DNA from: Takakia lepidozioides
Lineage: Eukaryota; Plantae; Bryophyta
Length of the DNA stretch: 64,000 bases
Assembly (NCBI GenBank): GCA_030704615.1
Contig: CM060733.1
Coordinates: forward strand, 23,126,001-23,190,000
Reading direction: 5' to 3'
Below the pieces are notes generated by a model. That model was not told where the DNA came from. It did no database searches and worked only from the letters and a program-made list of their open reading frames with translations. The position numbers were made by a program, and so were the translations under genes. Every line of letters starts with the position of its first letter. Position 1 is the first letter of the stretch. Shown piece after piece: positions 13,968-28,100 of this stretch.

Positions 13968-15771
13968 ACTATTTCAATAACTGAAACCCCCACCAAATGC
14001 AGTCCAAAGAACGTTAGATGCTACCAAACACAAGCACACCCCAAGCAAGATACAAAGCCCAGATGAGACGTCCTCCCCACCTCTTGTTAGCTGAAAGCGC
14101 GAGAGAGAGACCGCCGTGACCTAGAAGCGAGGATGCGAGACAGATAAGCAGCGGAGCAGCGCTACCGCCCCTGTGTGAAAGAAAGCAGCCTCCTGCCCCC
14201 ACCCCTATACCGCACCCCCCTCCCCCTCCATCCCACCGTTCTTTCACCTCGCGCATCGGACGGACACCAGCATGCAAAATTAGGGCTCTTTCCTATTTCC
14301 GTCCGCTCGTACCTGGATGTAACACATCTTTTTGGCTGCCAACCACATTCATCCCCCATAATTAAGCAAAAGTATTTCCAAAAACAAAACAACACAAAAC
14401 CCACTCCTTTAAACTTTTCTTTTTTTTAAAAGGAAAAAAAGCCCAATTTTCAGGCCCTTGAGGAGGGGGGAAAATATTAACCCGCTTTCATTTTTGGGCC
14501 ATGAGACACACAGGACGGACAACGCCAGCGAAGTACCACACGAAGGGCAGGGCAGCGGGTTTGAACCCCGATTCACCAGGGTGACACGTACGTGCACTTC
14601 TACCAAAGCCCGTTTCCTCAGAAAAGCGAAAAGCGATAATCCCTCCCATTCTTCCTTGCAGGTACGAACCTCTTTTTGAAGGTGGGGCATATAAGTTTTC
14701 CAACTAGGGGTTGAGACTTGACCCTATGTTTGTGAGTGCCTTGAACGCATGCTTGCCCATAGTGATAGCGAAAATATAGAAATGTCTATTTAAAACAAGG
14801 ATTTGTTTTCCCGTAAAAAAAAAAAGGAATAAGAAAGGGACCGTCCCTCACTGTCCCTCGCTGCCTTTTTCTGACATGTGTAGCTCGAGAACATTGGGGT
14901 TGGTGTGTATGTATGCACGACATTCGCGATGGCTTTACCCTAATTTTGATACAAGAAGAGATCGCCGTCAAGCTGCGTGTGTAAGAGAATGCAGGTCTAC
15001 CATGTGGGACGGCAACCTTCGTCCGCTTCTGCACAGGGCTGGGTCCACGTTGCTCACGTCTACCGTTTGGAGTCTCAAGGTGACCATTGCCTCCTAGTTT
15101 TACTTTAAGCTTGATGCAAGCCTCCATCTTAGGGCCCATTCCCATTGACCGAGTACGGAAATTCTGAGAAATACTGTAGAGGTGACCGTCCTGCTTGTTG
15201 CCCCACGCAATGCCGGTGGATTCTTGGACGTCCTTTCAACTGATGCTCAAGGAGGTCCCACCACGATTTCACTAGTTTGTCAAAGGCATTCACTTTCAGG
15301 AGTGACAGTCATTCCACTCTGAAGTTTGCTCATTCACCATGTCATGAATCCAGCCTTTGGCAGAAGGACCTTTGATATTATATGGAGTTCTCTGTAAGCA
15401 CATGCAAAACTAACTACAAATCTATTTTACTGTGCACTCCTCATGAGTTTAGTCCACACACCTCCCTCCACCTCAAAAAATAGGACAAGAGATAGAGAGG
15501 AGTGGTAGTGTTTCAAGTCACACGTATGGGTAGATGTTGATTGTAGGCAGCATTGGCACTCTCAATTGCCCATATCAAGAAGGTAACTAGAACACAAACC
15601 CTCTATCACTTTCTTTCATACAATGTACTCATAAGACATGGTTGCCGTAGCCTTGTGGCTACTTCCTTTGATACAATTAAAGAGTTCCTCAAATGCTATT
15701 GCTCAGTATGACCAAAAAGTGCCCACATATCCGGACCAGCAGCACAAACTGTGTGGAGGCCTGAAAGCAAC

Positions 15772-17231
<1,460 letters not shown>

Positions 17232-17770
17232 GGTGCTTAGCTTCCGGTGGAGAACACAAAGACGGCTGAAGGAGAGAGAGAAGAACTTACGGTTTCGTAA
17301 CGTGCGTGGATGTCGCTCCATTAACGAAGATGGACGTTCACGGCTGAATTGGGTGGACGTCCGCGCATGGACGGAGTCGTGGTAGGACAAACGTGCCTCG
17401 TCGGATAAATACGGACGGCAGTGTCCTCTGACGGATGACCGAGAGAATGTCTGACAACCTCCGTGGTTAGATCTGACCCGGGTTGGTAAACCCGCAACTT
17501 GGGAACAGTCGTGTTGTGTGTGGATGATGTTCCCAACGAATTCGTCTTTTGTGTTCCCGTAAGATTCTCGATAGCGTAGAATGGGGATGGGGACCCGATT
17601 GCTTGCAGTCCGAGGTTGCGAGCTTGCCTTTCTTGCAACCGGGGCAGATGTCTGAGCGCGATTGTTTGATGCTGATTGTGGGATGAGTGTCTCGGATCGC
17701 TGTGTTCATGCAAGCCTTGTAGGGGTTCACTCATGGGTATGGATTCTCTCTCTCACTCTCTTTCTCAAGT

Positions 17771-17848
17771 TGATATGAGACGAGGATAATAGTCATGAGG
17801 TTGTCTCAGTGATATGAGACGAGGATAATAGTCATGAGGTTGTCTCAG
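17771..17848. repeat. 39-bp direct tandem duplication
   Basis: tgatatgagacgaggataatagtcatgaggttgtctcag x2. Confidence 0.9.
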
Positions 17849-19406
17849 CAAGGGGCTGTGTTTCTGTCTTCTTTCATTCGGAAAATTGTGTGTTTCGGTG
17901 GATTAATCCTTGTGGATTAGTGAATGGCTTGTCCCCCATTTTTCTGAGGAGGCCTTGCCGCGATGGTCACTGAATCTTTTTCTTTTTGGGTATCGGGAGT
18001 GAAAAGCAGTCTTGACGTTACTGCCAGCTCCAATTTTTAGCGTCGTACAATGAGATCGGGAAGGGGGAGGTGCTCAAAAGAATCTTTAGTCTGGAGTAGT
18101 TTGACCACGAGAAATTCTGCCACTATAGTTAGAGAGGGGGATGCGGAAGGCATTGTGGTCTCTCTCTTATGCTAATGAGTATTGTAGAGTAAGAGTTTGT
18201 GGTTGTCCAGAAAATTCAGAGGAGGCTTTTTGTTATGTTTGGCTGAACAGGCTAGAGTTGGTCACTTACAGCTGAGACTACTTGGCTGTTGGCTCTTCTC
18301 GGAAATGACGCAAGCTGTGCCCAGGCTCCTGTCCTTACACGGGAACTCTTTTGCAAATCAAGGCAAATCTGAGACGGACGGAACCCTTAACCCTAGTTGT
18401 TCCAGCAGTGACAAGGACCCGCTGGACAGACCAATGGCGGGTCAAAATTAACATAAGAGGGAGTCAGAGTTTTCACACCCATGGGCAAATGCAAAAGGAA
18501 TTTTGTAGCGCAAAGGTGAATGCTGGGAAGGCAATGGACAGTTTATTTGTAGTAAGTGACATGGGAGCAAAAGCACCTTTATGTGTCTTTTAAAGTTTTG
18601 GGAGGAATGTTTCTGTTGCTGTGGTTTGAGAAAGAGACTATCTGGTACAAATTGTTCATGGTTGGACGATGAGCTAGTAGAAGTTGACTCGTGTAAGAAT
18701 GACAGACACTAACAGCTTGCAACGAAAACTGATGATTTTGATTGCACGCTTTTTTCAGGTCCCTTGGACCAATGATTGAGTTGCTCTTTTGGACAACATA
18801 CAGTCGCAGGATGCAATGGATGTACAGTGTTCGAGTGGGGACAATGAATCTGGAAATATCTTTGGTGCAAGGCAAGAATGTAACGGCTTTCATGGCATCT
18901 CACTAACCGTCCAAGTCATGGAGGTCTGAGATAGAGACTGAACTGGGCAAGGGAAGTGGCGGCAGATTTGTGTTGTACATGAGTTCTAGTACCTAGAGAG
19001 TTTTGTGTAACTTAGACACACGCCAAGCTAAGTTACTGGTTTGTATTTCTATCTGATCAAAGCAGATTTCTGGCTTGCCATAGCCTGTGACTAAAGCTCT
19101 TACAAAGATATTATTGTTGTCAGGCCAAGTTCTAGTTGCATAGAAAAGAAGATAGGCAAAAGTGATCTCAAATGGTTATAAATTCTGCTTACTCCAGAAG
19201 AAATCTGGAAAATGACATTCCTGGCCTGAGCAATGGTAAACTGTTATTAGTAATTTACAGATTCAAAACCTTCTCTTCTGTTTATAGATCTTGAATAATA
19301 TTCGAACCAATTCTGAAGTGTTCTTCTAAAGTAAGGCTGCTTGACGTACAAATCTGACATAGATTAGAGACCAGAGAAGGACAGAGAAGTGGGTGAGTGA
19401 GAAGGG

Positions 19407-22400
19407 ATGGCTGCCTCCAGCACAAATTCCTGGCTCCCCACCAGACTACTATCACCACATGGTGTGCAGCAGCAGGGTTCTTCACACTCCCTCTATCATG
19501 CATCTGACTTGCCGATCCAGATGTCCTGCTCACATTTGAGCCAACCACAACACGCGGACGTAGGGCAGGGTGTCCATAGGTGTGAGCCATACTGCCAGCC
19601 CCTTCACCTCCCGCTGCTTCACCAACCCGACCAGGGTGACTTTCAGCTGTCAGGAATTGGTCAAGAGTCAATACAACCGTCAAATGGATTACCAGCGTCC
19701 AGGTGTGCACTGTGATGTTCTTCATGCTTTTTGAAGTGTTGTTGTCCCGATGTAAAAGATGGCAGCATTTCTCTGAGCTAGGATCCTTTCTTCTACCTCT
19801 TAGCACCAACTTGAGAATCTTTGCTGGAGTGTGGTGAACATTGGAGTAATCTCTCTTCAGTGTTCGCCCCACAGGCACATACAAATCACCAATGTAGGAA
19901 GTGTTGGAGGCTGGGTTCCTTAAGGTCCCAGTTTGTTGAAATTCTGCTGAATCAGTTGTCTTGGTGGCAGTGGCTGTGTCTCAGGAGGTGTGGAAAATGG
20001 TGATCCAGCTTCAGTGAGAAAGGTCCACAAGGCTGACCGTGAAAAGCTGAGAAGAGATCGACTGAATGAACAGTTTGTGGAGTTGGCGGGTGTACTTAGT
20101 AAGTCGCAGGACTCCTGGAAAATAATCCTTTGAAAGGACAGAGCTGTGTGTTTGTATATGCATGAAAGGATCAGAGAGACTCTACTCTAGAGGCTCCCAA
20201 TTAAATCCAATTCAATTCAATCCCTGTTAAGGGTCCTGTGTTTGCGTCTGCTTCTACATGCCTGCTGGAATTCTGTACACAAAGTTTATATTAGATGAAT
20301 TTTTTTATCAATGCAAACACTGTCATCAGATCCAGATCGCCCAAAGAATGATAAGGCCACCATCCTTGGCGATGGTGTGCAAGCAGTGAAGGAGCTCCGT
20401 GCGGAAGTGAAGCGTTTGAAGTGCGAGCAGTCAACTCTCTTCGATGAGTCCCGCGATGTAAGTCAGCTTCTTCATGTTTGTTAAGTGCAGCCAGGGTATT
20501 GTCACTATGTATGGGGGAGGTTACAGTGGACTACATCATGCAGTCTTGGGAAGATGGCACTCTTTGGATTTCCTCTTTTCGCATGCTGCTTTCCGCCCAG
20601 GGGTAAGGGGTAAGGTGAGAGAGCATGTACTTGACGTTTGCCATAGGGTAATGTGAGAAGCAAGAGAGAGAGAGGGATGATCTTCGGTGTGTACCCATTG
20701 ACAAAGCCTAACTACAATGTACAGCTCGCTCAAGAGAAGACAGAGTTGCGGGAGGAGAAAGCAGCGTTGAAGACAGAGACAGAGCAGCTACAAAACCAGC
20801 TTCAACAACGATTGCATGGGATGCTACCATGGATGGCCATGGACCACTCTGTCATGATGGCCCCTACTCCCTACCCTTACACAGTGCATGTTCCTCAACC
20901 AGTGTCAGCTGTGCCTCCTGTCTCTGACACCCAGGAACCATCGACTGCAGGACAGATGCAGCAATCACCCCTTGCCCCTGCTCCGTTCCTATCTCTTGCC
21001 ACGCCAGGTGGTTTTATGCAACCGGCTTTACAAGCCTATGCTGTTTTTGGGAGCCGGCCTCCTGAAGGTGGGGCTACCTTTTTGTCATACCCCCACTACC
21101 CAGGTTCTATGGGGAACCACTCACATGTTGAAAGACCATATGCCCAGTATCCATCACCAGTTCAACCAATCCCGGGCTACCTCATGCAAACACAACCCCC
21201 TCCCCACCAAGGGGGTTCCATGTACAGTACCCCTGCTTATACAGCACCAGGCATGCCTCTCATGCTACCTGGGCAGTCAGGCAGCCAACAGATTCAACCA
21301 AGAGGTCACCCACTTCTTCCCTATCCTCAGTATGCTGGGGCCAGCTTGCAACACGCATATGTCTCTCATTCGTCCTCCGGTGCACCAGCTACATCCCCAG
21401 AAGTGCAAACAGTGGAAACCAACTTACAGTTACAAATGCCTGGGGGCCCTCCTTCCAGCTGTGCAGCCCAGCATCAGGCTCAGAGCAGTGCTCTGTCCAA
21501 CAGGGGAGCTGGAAAGTCAAAGGTAACCCAATTTGCAGAGTTGTACCTTAAGCTCATTACAAGAAGATACGAATTTTATCACATGCATGTGTTTATGAGC
21601 ATGCTTGTGAATGATATCCACAGTCAGTGATAGGAGTTGTGGCATGCTGACTGATGGTCTGATAGTTAGTGGGTGACCGTCATAATCTTATGACCCGACT
21701 ATTCAGTTATCTTTCAAATCTCATGGTTCCTCTTTCAAAATCAGAAAACAAAATCAGGAAACAGAGATCTCCATACTTATTTGTAAGATAAAGTAAAGCA
21801 AATAACTGGTCGTAATTGTAACCTCACAACGGTCAGCAGATCTAAGTATGGATTGTACCACTCTTCAAGATTTCTCACTCAAGTCCCTCCTTCCGCAGAG
21901 AGTTGTTCCATTTGGGATTAGTGAGCCTCAATGTGTTAGACAAGTTTGTGATCAAAATGTCAGTTTCCAGAGGACTCTTTGAACAATAGTCAAGCAAGTG
22001 AATCTTAAATTGTATGACTACTATCAGGTTTGTCGTAATCTAGAATGGTGCTCTTGAGTTGCCATATTGGCATCACCTATTTCAGTGGATGGCGTGCCTT
22101 TAACAGGCGTGGAACTTCTATTTGGTAGAACACTAGCTTGGAAGGAGCTTGGGAGTATTTTGGGCCACAACGTTTTTGTGTCAGTTAATTGTCCTGTTAG
22201 GGAAATTCATTTACATGTGCGGAGTTCAAATGTTACTTTTGTAGTTGAAGTTGGAGCCCCAAAATCTTACATTCTTTGCTTACACGTGGATGTCACTGAC
22301 TTGGTTGACCCAAGTTTGGTACATGTAGATAATTGTGGTATGGTTGTTTCTGTTCAGGATACAAGCTCAGATTCAACAGACCTAGGAATGAAAAGCGAGA

Positions 22401-22513
22401 CTGATGCGTCTGGACAGGCAAAGCCTACAACTGGAGCTGGGGATTCCATCTCTGCTTTATCGCTTTCTTCAACTTCTCTTTCCCCAGAAGGTCCTAATAA
22501 TGCACTCACGTAG
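19407..22513 (+). CDS. bHLH transcription factor, subgroup IVb (bHLH121/bHLH11/PYE-like); exons 19407-19702, 19955-20098, 20330-20457, 20724-21522, 22358-22513
   Basis: RKVHKADREKLRRDRLNEQFVELAGVL-PDRPKNDKATIL...LAQEKTELREEKAALK; phase-consistent GT-AG model; Pro/Gln-rich C-terminus. Confidence 0.88.
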
Positions 22514-22659
22514 ACCATTGTTTCAAGAAGAGACAGGATTAAGGGATCAATCTTTGGGCTTGCTACAGCATGATTGATCATGGCCCGTAAGCAAACAATC
22601 GTTTGGATTGGGTGATCAGGGTGAGGGAACTAAGTATACGCTATGGGTGTGTGAGAGAG

Positions 22660-22950
22660 CGAGAGAGAATGTACTCATACGACGTTGTTTGCCGTAGCCT
22701 TATGGCCATAGACCCTGCACCCAGTTTGGGGGAAACAAGAGGGAACATATACTACCTTTGTGAGGGCTCCCTCCGGTGGTGGGACTTACCTGTATAAACA
22801 ATTAGTTCGGACTCTCCAAATATCCTCCAGAAAGCCCTTCACACAAGCTTTGTGTGAGCTGCCCAGCAACTAGACCCCAACAGGGCCAGCGCGATCGGCC
22901 TCGAGATTTTCGAAGTTGGTGAACAGAGGTGCGTGAGAGAATGTACTCAT
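22660..22950 (-). mobile_element. Dispersed retroposon-like repeat (other copies at ~23988-24054 and ~25916-26222)
   Basis: Shared core like atagaccc(t/c)gcaccca.tttggg...aacaagagggaaca; copies flanked by direct repeats (agataggcattgacataga; aggagtagagaga) with variable truncation on one side. Confidence 0.6.
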
Positions 22951-24899
22951 AAGACATTGATGTGGGTGAGAGAGAGGGAGAGAGAGAGAGTAGAGGAAGA
23001 CAGAAGCAGAAGGAAAGATATTGTGTAATCAACTCTTTCAAGGGCAGAAAATCACACATGGGAGTTATATAGATTGGGGGAGGACTTTAAGCAGGTCTGA
23101 ACTTCCAGTATGATGGTATGAATGAGCCTGTTGTGAATGTGGACTGGGTGTATTCCACTTTTACCTCATGTTGGCACTACCATGCACGATTGATATCCGT
23201 TTCTAAGTTTGTCATGCTGCAGTGCTCGCAGGTAGAAAATAGGTAGAAGTAGGTTTGTGCAAGTTTGTTTCTGAGGTTTGTTTCTGAGCTCTGACCATAT
23301 TTTACTGCTGCTTGGGCTCAGGTGTGAGAACATTAGGGGACTGCTGCCAAACACTCAGGACTCGCATGACCCAACTTTGAGACCTCCTGCTGTATAGCAC
23401 ATTGGTTTAATAAGGGCCAAAAGGATTCCATTTACGTTGACTTTACCTTCCTTTTCTTGTCATTAGAATATATGGTTACCAGGAGGTGTGTCATTTTATT
23501 TTGATTTGCAGTCTTCCATACCTTGGCTTGCTTGGAGACCGGTAGAGGCATGGGTGAATTTTCTTAGCTTAAATAGAGACCCCTTACAATTTACTGTTAC
23601 ATTCTCAAGGTCTTGCCTTACCCCTGTAAGGTAATAGGTTTGTCGGAAAGTTTGCCGTAATGTTCTGTCAAAGATAAACTGGAGCGAAAATTTTCACGCA
23701 GGTATTTACGCAGTGGAGAGTTCCCTCCCTCAGAGCCGTCGACAATCTCGAGTCTGTGGCCTTAGGCTCCCGCCCTCATCCAGGGCCCTTGGTTTGTGGA
23801 AGACTAGCTGGAGGGAACCTTCCACTATACAAAAGACTCTGAAAGATCTGGGTTTCACACACAAGTGGGTAAGACCCTGCCACTGGCACCAGGAGGGTTA
23901 GAGCCCCGTGGCTACTGTGACCTCAAAGGACACATTTCAAAGGTTTACAGGGAAGTCAATGAACTTCTGAGATAGGCATTGACATAGATTGTACTCATAA
24001 GACGTAGCCTTGTGGCCATTGACCCCGCGCCCAGTTTGAGCGGGAACAAAAGGGAGATAGGCATTGACATAGAGTGGCAGAAGATGAGGAAAGAACTGCA
24101 AGAAAAATTGTGCCATCAGGAGTCCTGCACCCTCACAACAGAAGTGTTCAAACCTCTCAAATTTGCAAAACCCCTGTGCTGGTCACAAAGCCCAAGCTGC
24201 AAAGAAGAGTACACTACCTCAGTTAACAGCATTGAAACTCACACACTCACAGTCAACAGGACCTGAACATATTTCAAGTGCTTGCGAAAAAGGGCTTGCA
24301 TTGGGCATTCAAGGGATAAATGGTTTTTGTCCCCTTCAACTAAGATAAAAGAAACCGGCTTGGCATCTATGCAACTCATGCATTGATTTATGGGTTGGCC
24401 CTCTTGTTTGTTCGGCCTTTCTAGTCTGTAAATGAAAGGGAAAGGGCCTCAATTGCAAGCCATTGCTCTCTTCTTCTCTGAGAAGAATAAAAGAAAAATG
24501 TACTCTGGATTCTGGACCCATACATGTAACATTTCTCTCAGCAAATGAAGACCAGAAATCCACCCACCATAGAAAGGGGGAGATTATAGGGAGGACAAAA
24601 CCAGTTTTTGAGGGCAGGTTTTCTTATGGAAATTCCTACAAGGCTGTTTTCCGTTCTGTTTTTGAGAGTCCTCCCCATATATCAAGAGAAGTTAACCTCT
24701 GGTTGGTGTCGTCTACCTATGGTTAGAGTTATAGTGGTCTGACCAAGGGATTGAAGAGGGTGCAGTAGAGGACCTCTGTTCTGTAGAGAGGATTAGAACT
24801 CGCAGGTGGGTTGCTCTGAAGGGGAGACTGAAGATTAAGCATACGTCACATTGAGCAGCAGAAGTGTGTGAAGAAGGGGAGGGAGGAGGGAGAGTTGAG

Positions 24900-27800
24900 A
24901 TGGCATGGAGGGCTTTGCTCCAGGAGGCTTGGGAGCGATCGGTGGTGTTCACACAGTTCATATGTTTCCTCAATGTCTTCTCAAACCATGTTGCCGAAGT
25001 GCACCAGGTAACTTATGCCTCTTCTGTTTCTAGTAATTTGTGGATGGTGGCCTTTGCAACATTGAAACTGCGGGACATAACCCTGCCCGATCGTTTCATG
25101 ATCTCAGTAGGGCATCGCCCGATTGACCTTCGCTCGATAGGATTTGCAATCAAATCGTAGGATCCCTTGAGAACGGTCAGACCCTCGGACGTTACTGTGG
25201 CATATGAACTTGGGTTAACTCAAACTTGGCGATATTTATTCCAACTTCGTTTATGATTTTGTGGAATTTCTGACCACGAGGTGGTCCATTATGTGTCAAT
25301 GTCGTTGTAGCTTCAATTAGGGTTAACTTGACGTAATTGCCCCTTAATAATTGTGGGATATTTTCGCTCAAATTCCTACAGCCATTGATGGCAATTTGTG
25401 TTTCGTTGTTAGCAGAGCTCAATTTTCAACTGCACGGTTGCAGATCCAATGACGATAGGTGAACTGAATCCTCTTCATTTTCCACTATCAAACTTTTTGC
25501 AATACATAACTGGAGGGCATGAATCAAAGTTATCCTTGTTATTGCAGCTTCAGAGCTTGCTTCTCCCTGCGTGAGCCATTCTGATGAAATTCTGTCGGGG
25601 TTTTCTAGTCCTTTCCTTTTTCTTTCCTGGATGATATTCTCAGCCTCCTGTCATATCTCACTTGTTTTAACTGCCTGTGACTAAGAGACCACTGTCTCGT
25701 GCCAATCAAATCTTTTTTGCAAATCGCTTATTCTTATCTATGACCCTCCTTCCTGCTGGCCTTGTCTTTTTGAGTTTATGTAGAATGTTTTGAAGATAGG
25801 GATAGGGATACAACTAGATTCTCTTATGTGTTTGGATGTTCCTCTGGCCTTTCAGTTCATCCTTAACATGATATCTGATTTAAATGCTTTTTCTCTCTTG
25901 GGAGGAGTAGAGAGAATGTACAAATAAGATGTTGTTTTCAGTTCCCTTCTGCTATAGACCCCGCACCCAATTTGGGTTGGAACAAGAGGGAACAGACACT
26001 ACCTTTGTGAGGGACTCACTCCAGTAGCGGGACTTACCTTGATATAAGCAATCTGTTCAGGCTTTCAAGCTTTCCTCTAGAAAGCCCTTCACACAAGCAT
26101 CAAGCTGCTCTGTGTGATCTGCCCAGCAGTTAGACCCCAACAGGGCCAGGGGTCTACCTAGTCTCAGCCTCAAGATTTTCAAAGTTGATGAACAGAGGTG
26201 CAGGGCTATGTTCTTGATGGGAAGGAGTAGAGAGAGAGGGAAAAAGAGTGGGGAAGAGAGAGGTGCAAAAGCATTAACATGGACTTTTTAAAATATGTGC
26301 AGTGCTTAGGGCCAAGCATGCTTCCAACCTTCAATGTATCAGGTGACATTCTGCTGTTGGAGCATTTGTCAGCCAAGTTTGAAAAAATCAAAACGGGTGA
26401 TGTGGTCATGGCACGATCACCTGTGAATCCTCGCCTGGTGGTCTGCAAGCGAGTTCTTGGCCTGGAAGGTGATCGCGTCTCTGTTCTTCCTACGTCCAGC
26501 AGAGGCCATGTCCAGCAAGTTGTGGTATGAAACTGCTCCACTTTTTATTTTTTCTTAGGGTTTCTGTCGCTAAGATGGTATGCTTTATACTGTTTGGTCC
26601 ACTCTTCTGGTTACCCTTCCAGAAATGACAAGAGCTTAGGGCAGCCTCACATGTAAACCCGGCATATGTGCCTGACATCAGCCCACACTGGCATCAGCCA
26701 AAGTTGAGAGTGGGTTGAAGGCATGCTCACCCCGCCAGGGAGCTTGCTTGACGGGCTGTACCATCAGGCCAAACCCGTCAGCTACTAGTAAAAAGGCGCA
26801 GCCAGTACACATATGCAGACACTGGTGCTAGTTCAGCCGTTGAAACTGACCTGTGAACAGCCAACTTGCTGTATTTGGCGGAGTTTCACTGGAACAACCC
26901 GTCAACAGGCCGTTCACGGGCATATGGCAAGCGGGCTTGCAAGACCCTGGGACCTGCTTCCCCCCTACGTGATGTCAGAAACGGGCTAACCCGTCCACAC
27001 GCAAAGTGGCCCTTAGTATGTTTGTACCCACTCTTGTGAGCTGGTGAAGTCAAAATTCCAGGTGGTCACCACCATTCAAGGAACAGTTGAATCGTCTTGT
27101 ATTGGTGACTGACTCTGTTTCTTTGTTTCTTTACTCTCTTTTTTTTGGGTAATATGCTGTGAAGTTTCTTCTTTCTTGTTTCTGATAAGTTGCCAGATTA
27201 TTTAGAAGTTGTTTTTGCTATTGGAATGGAGTCTCACTGTGCTCGTTATCTTTGTTTTGAAAAAGATAGGGACTGATGTGCCAGAGCATTTCTGATCAGA
27301 TTGTACGGATGATTGTGTGTTTACATTCCCACCTCTGGGATTGGGATTTAGAAGTTGTTCTTGCCATTGAAATGGAGCTCACTGTGCTTGTTATCTTTGT
27401 TTCTAAAAAGATAGGGGCTGATGTGCCAGAGCATTTCTGACCAGATCGTATCGATGATTGTGTGTTTACGCTTTTCCACGTCTGGGATGGGTGGAGTGCA
27501 GGTTCCAAAGGGGCATGTGTGGCTACAGGGGGACAACGCCTACAATTCCACTGACTCCAGGCATTATGGTCCTGTGCCATATGCTCTCATCCAAGGCAAA
27601 GTCTTCTACAGAGTAAGTGACCTGTGGGGGATCAAGTAGAGGTGCAGAGTTTTGGGGGGAGGGGGGGGGAGGGGGGGTGGGGGGGCGGTTGCGAGAGTGT
27701 GCAGTTGTTATAGCTGGATTGTCTTCTATGCAGATGAGATAGTCATTCAGGGTTCATGCAGACTTGAAAGGTATCGTGGAACTGCTCTCAGAGAAGTTCT

Positions 27801-28100
27801 TTACAGAGTTTGTGAATGCTGGATGCCTCCTGGCTTGCTTTGGTGAAACGTCTATGTTAGCTGTAAGAGAGACCTATAGATAGAGAATTCTAGAAGAGAG
27901 AGAGAGAGAGAGAAGACTGCTTAGTAGGAATACATATCCGGAGGCTGTTGTGTAATCTTTTTTGAAGGATGCATTTTCAGGAAGGATATACAAGATGTAG
28001 ATGCACACTCTAATTCCTTTATATGGGGCTGCTCTTTTCTTTTTCCTTACAGATATGGCCCCCAGAAGGATGGGGCCCTGTGGTGAACCGGGATCCATGA
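24900..28100 (+). CDS. IMP1: Mitochondrial inner membrane peptidase subunit 1, S26 family (exons 24900-25007, 26303-26524, 27502-27612, 28053-28100)
   Basis: GPSMLPT (catalytic Ser), VCKRVLGLEGD (Lys), VPKGHVWLQGDNAYNSTDSRHYGPVP, IWPP. Confidence 0.92.

Noticed and set aside
14540-14580. B-box-like ggttcaaaccc on the minus strand
   Set aside because: No A-box or cloverleaf could be established; at most a SINE remnant
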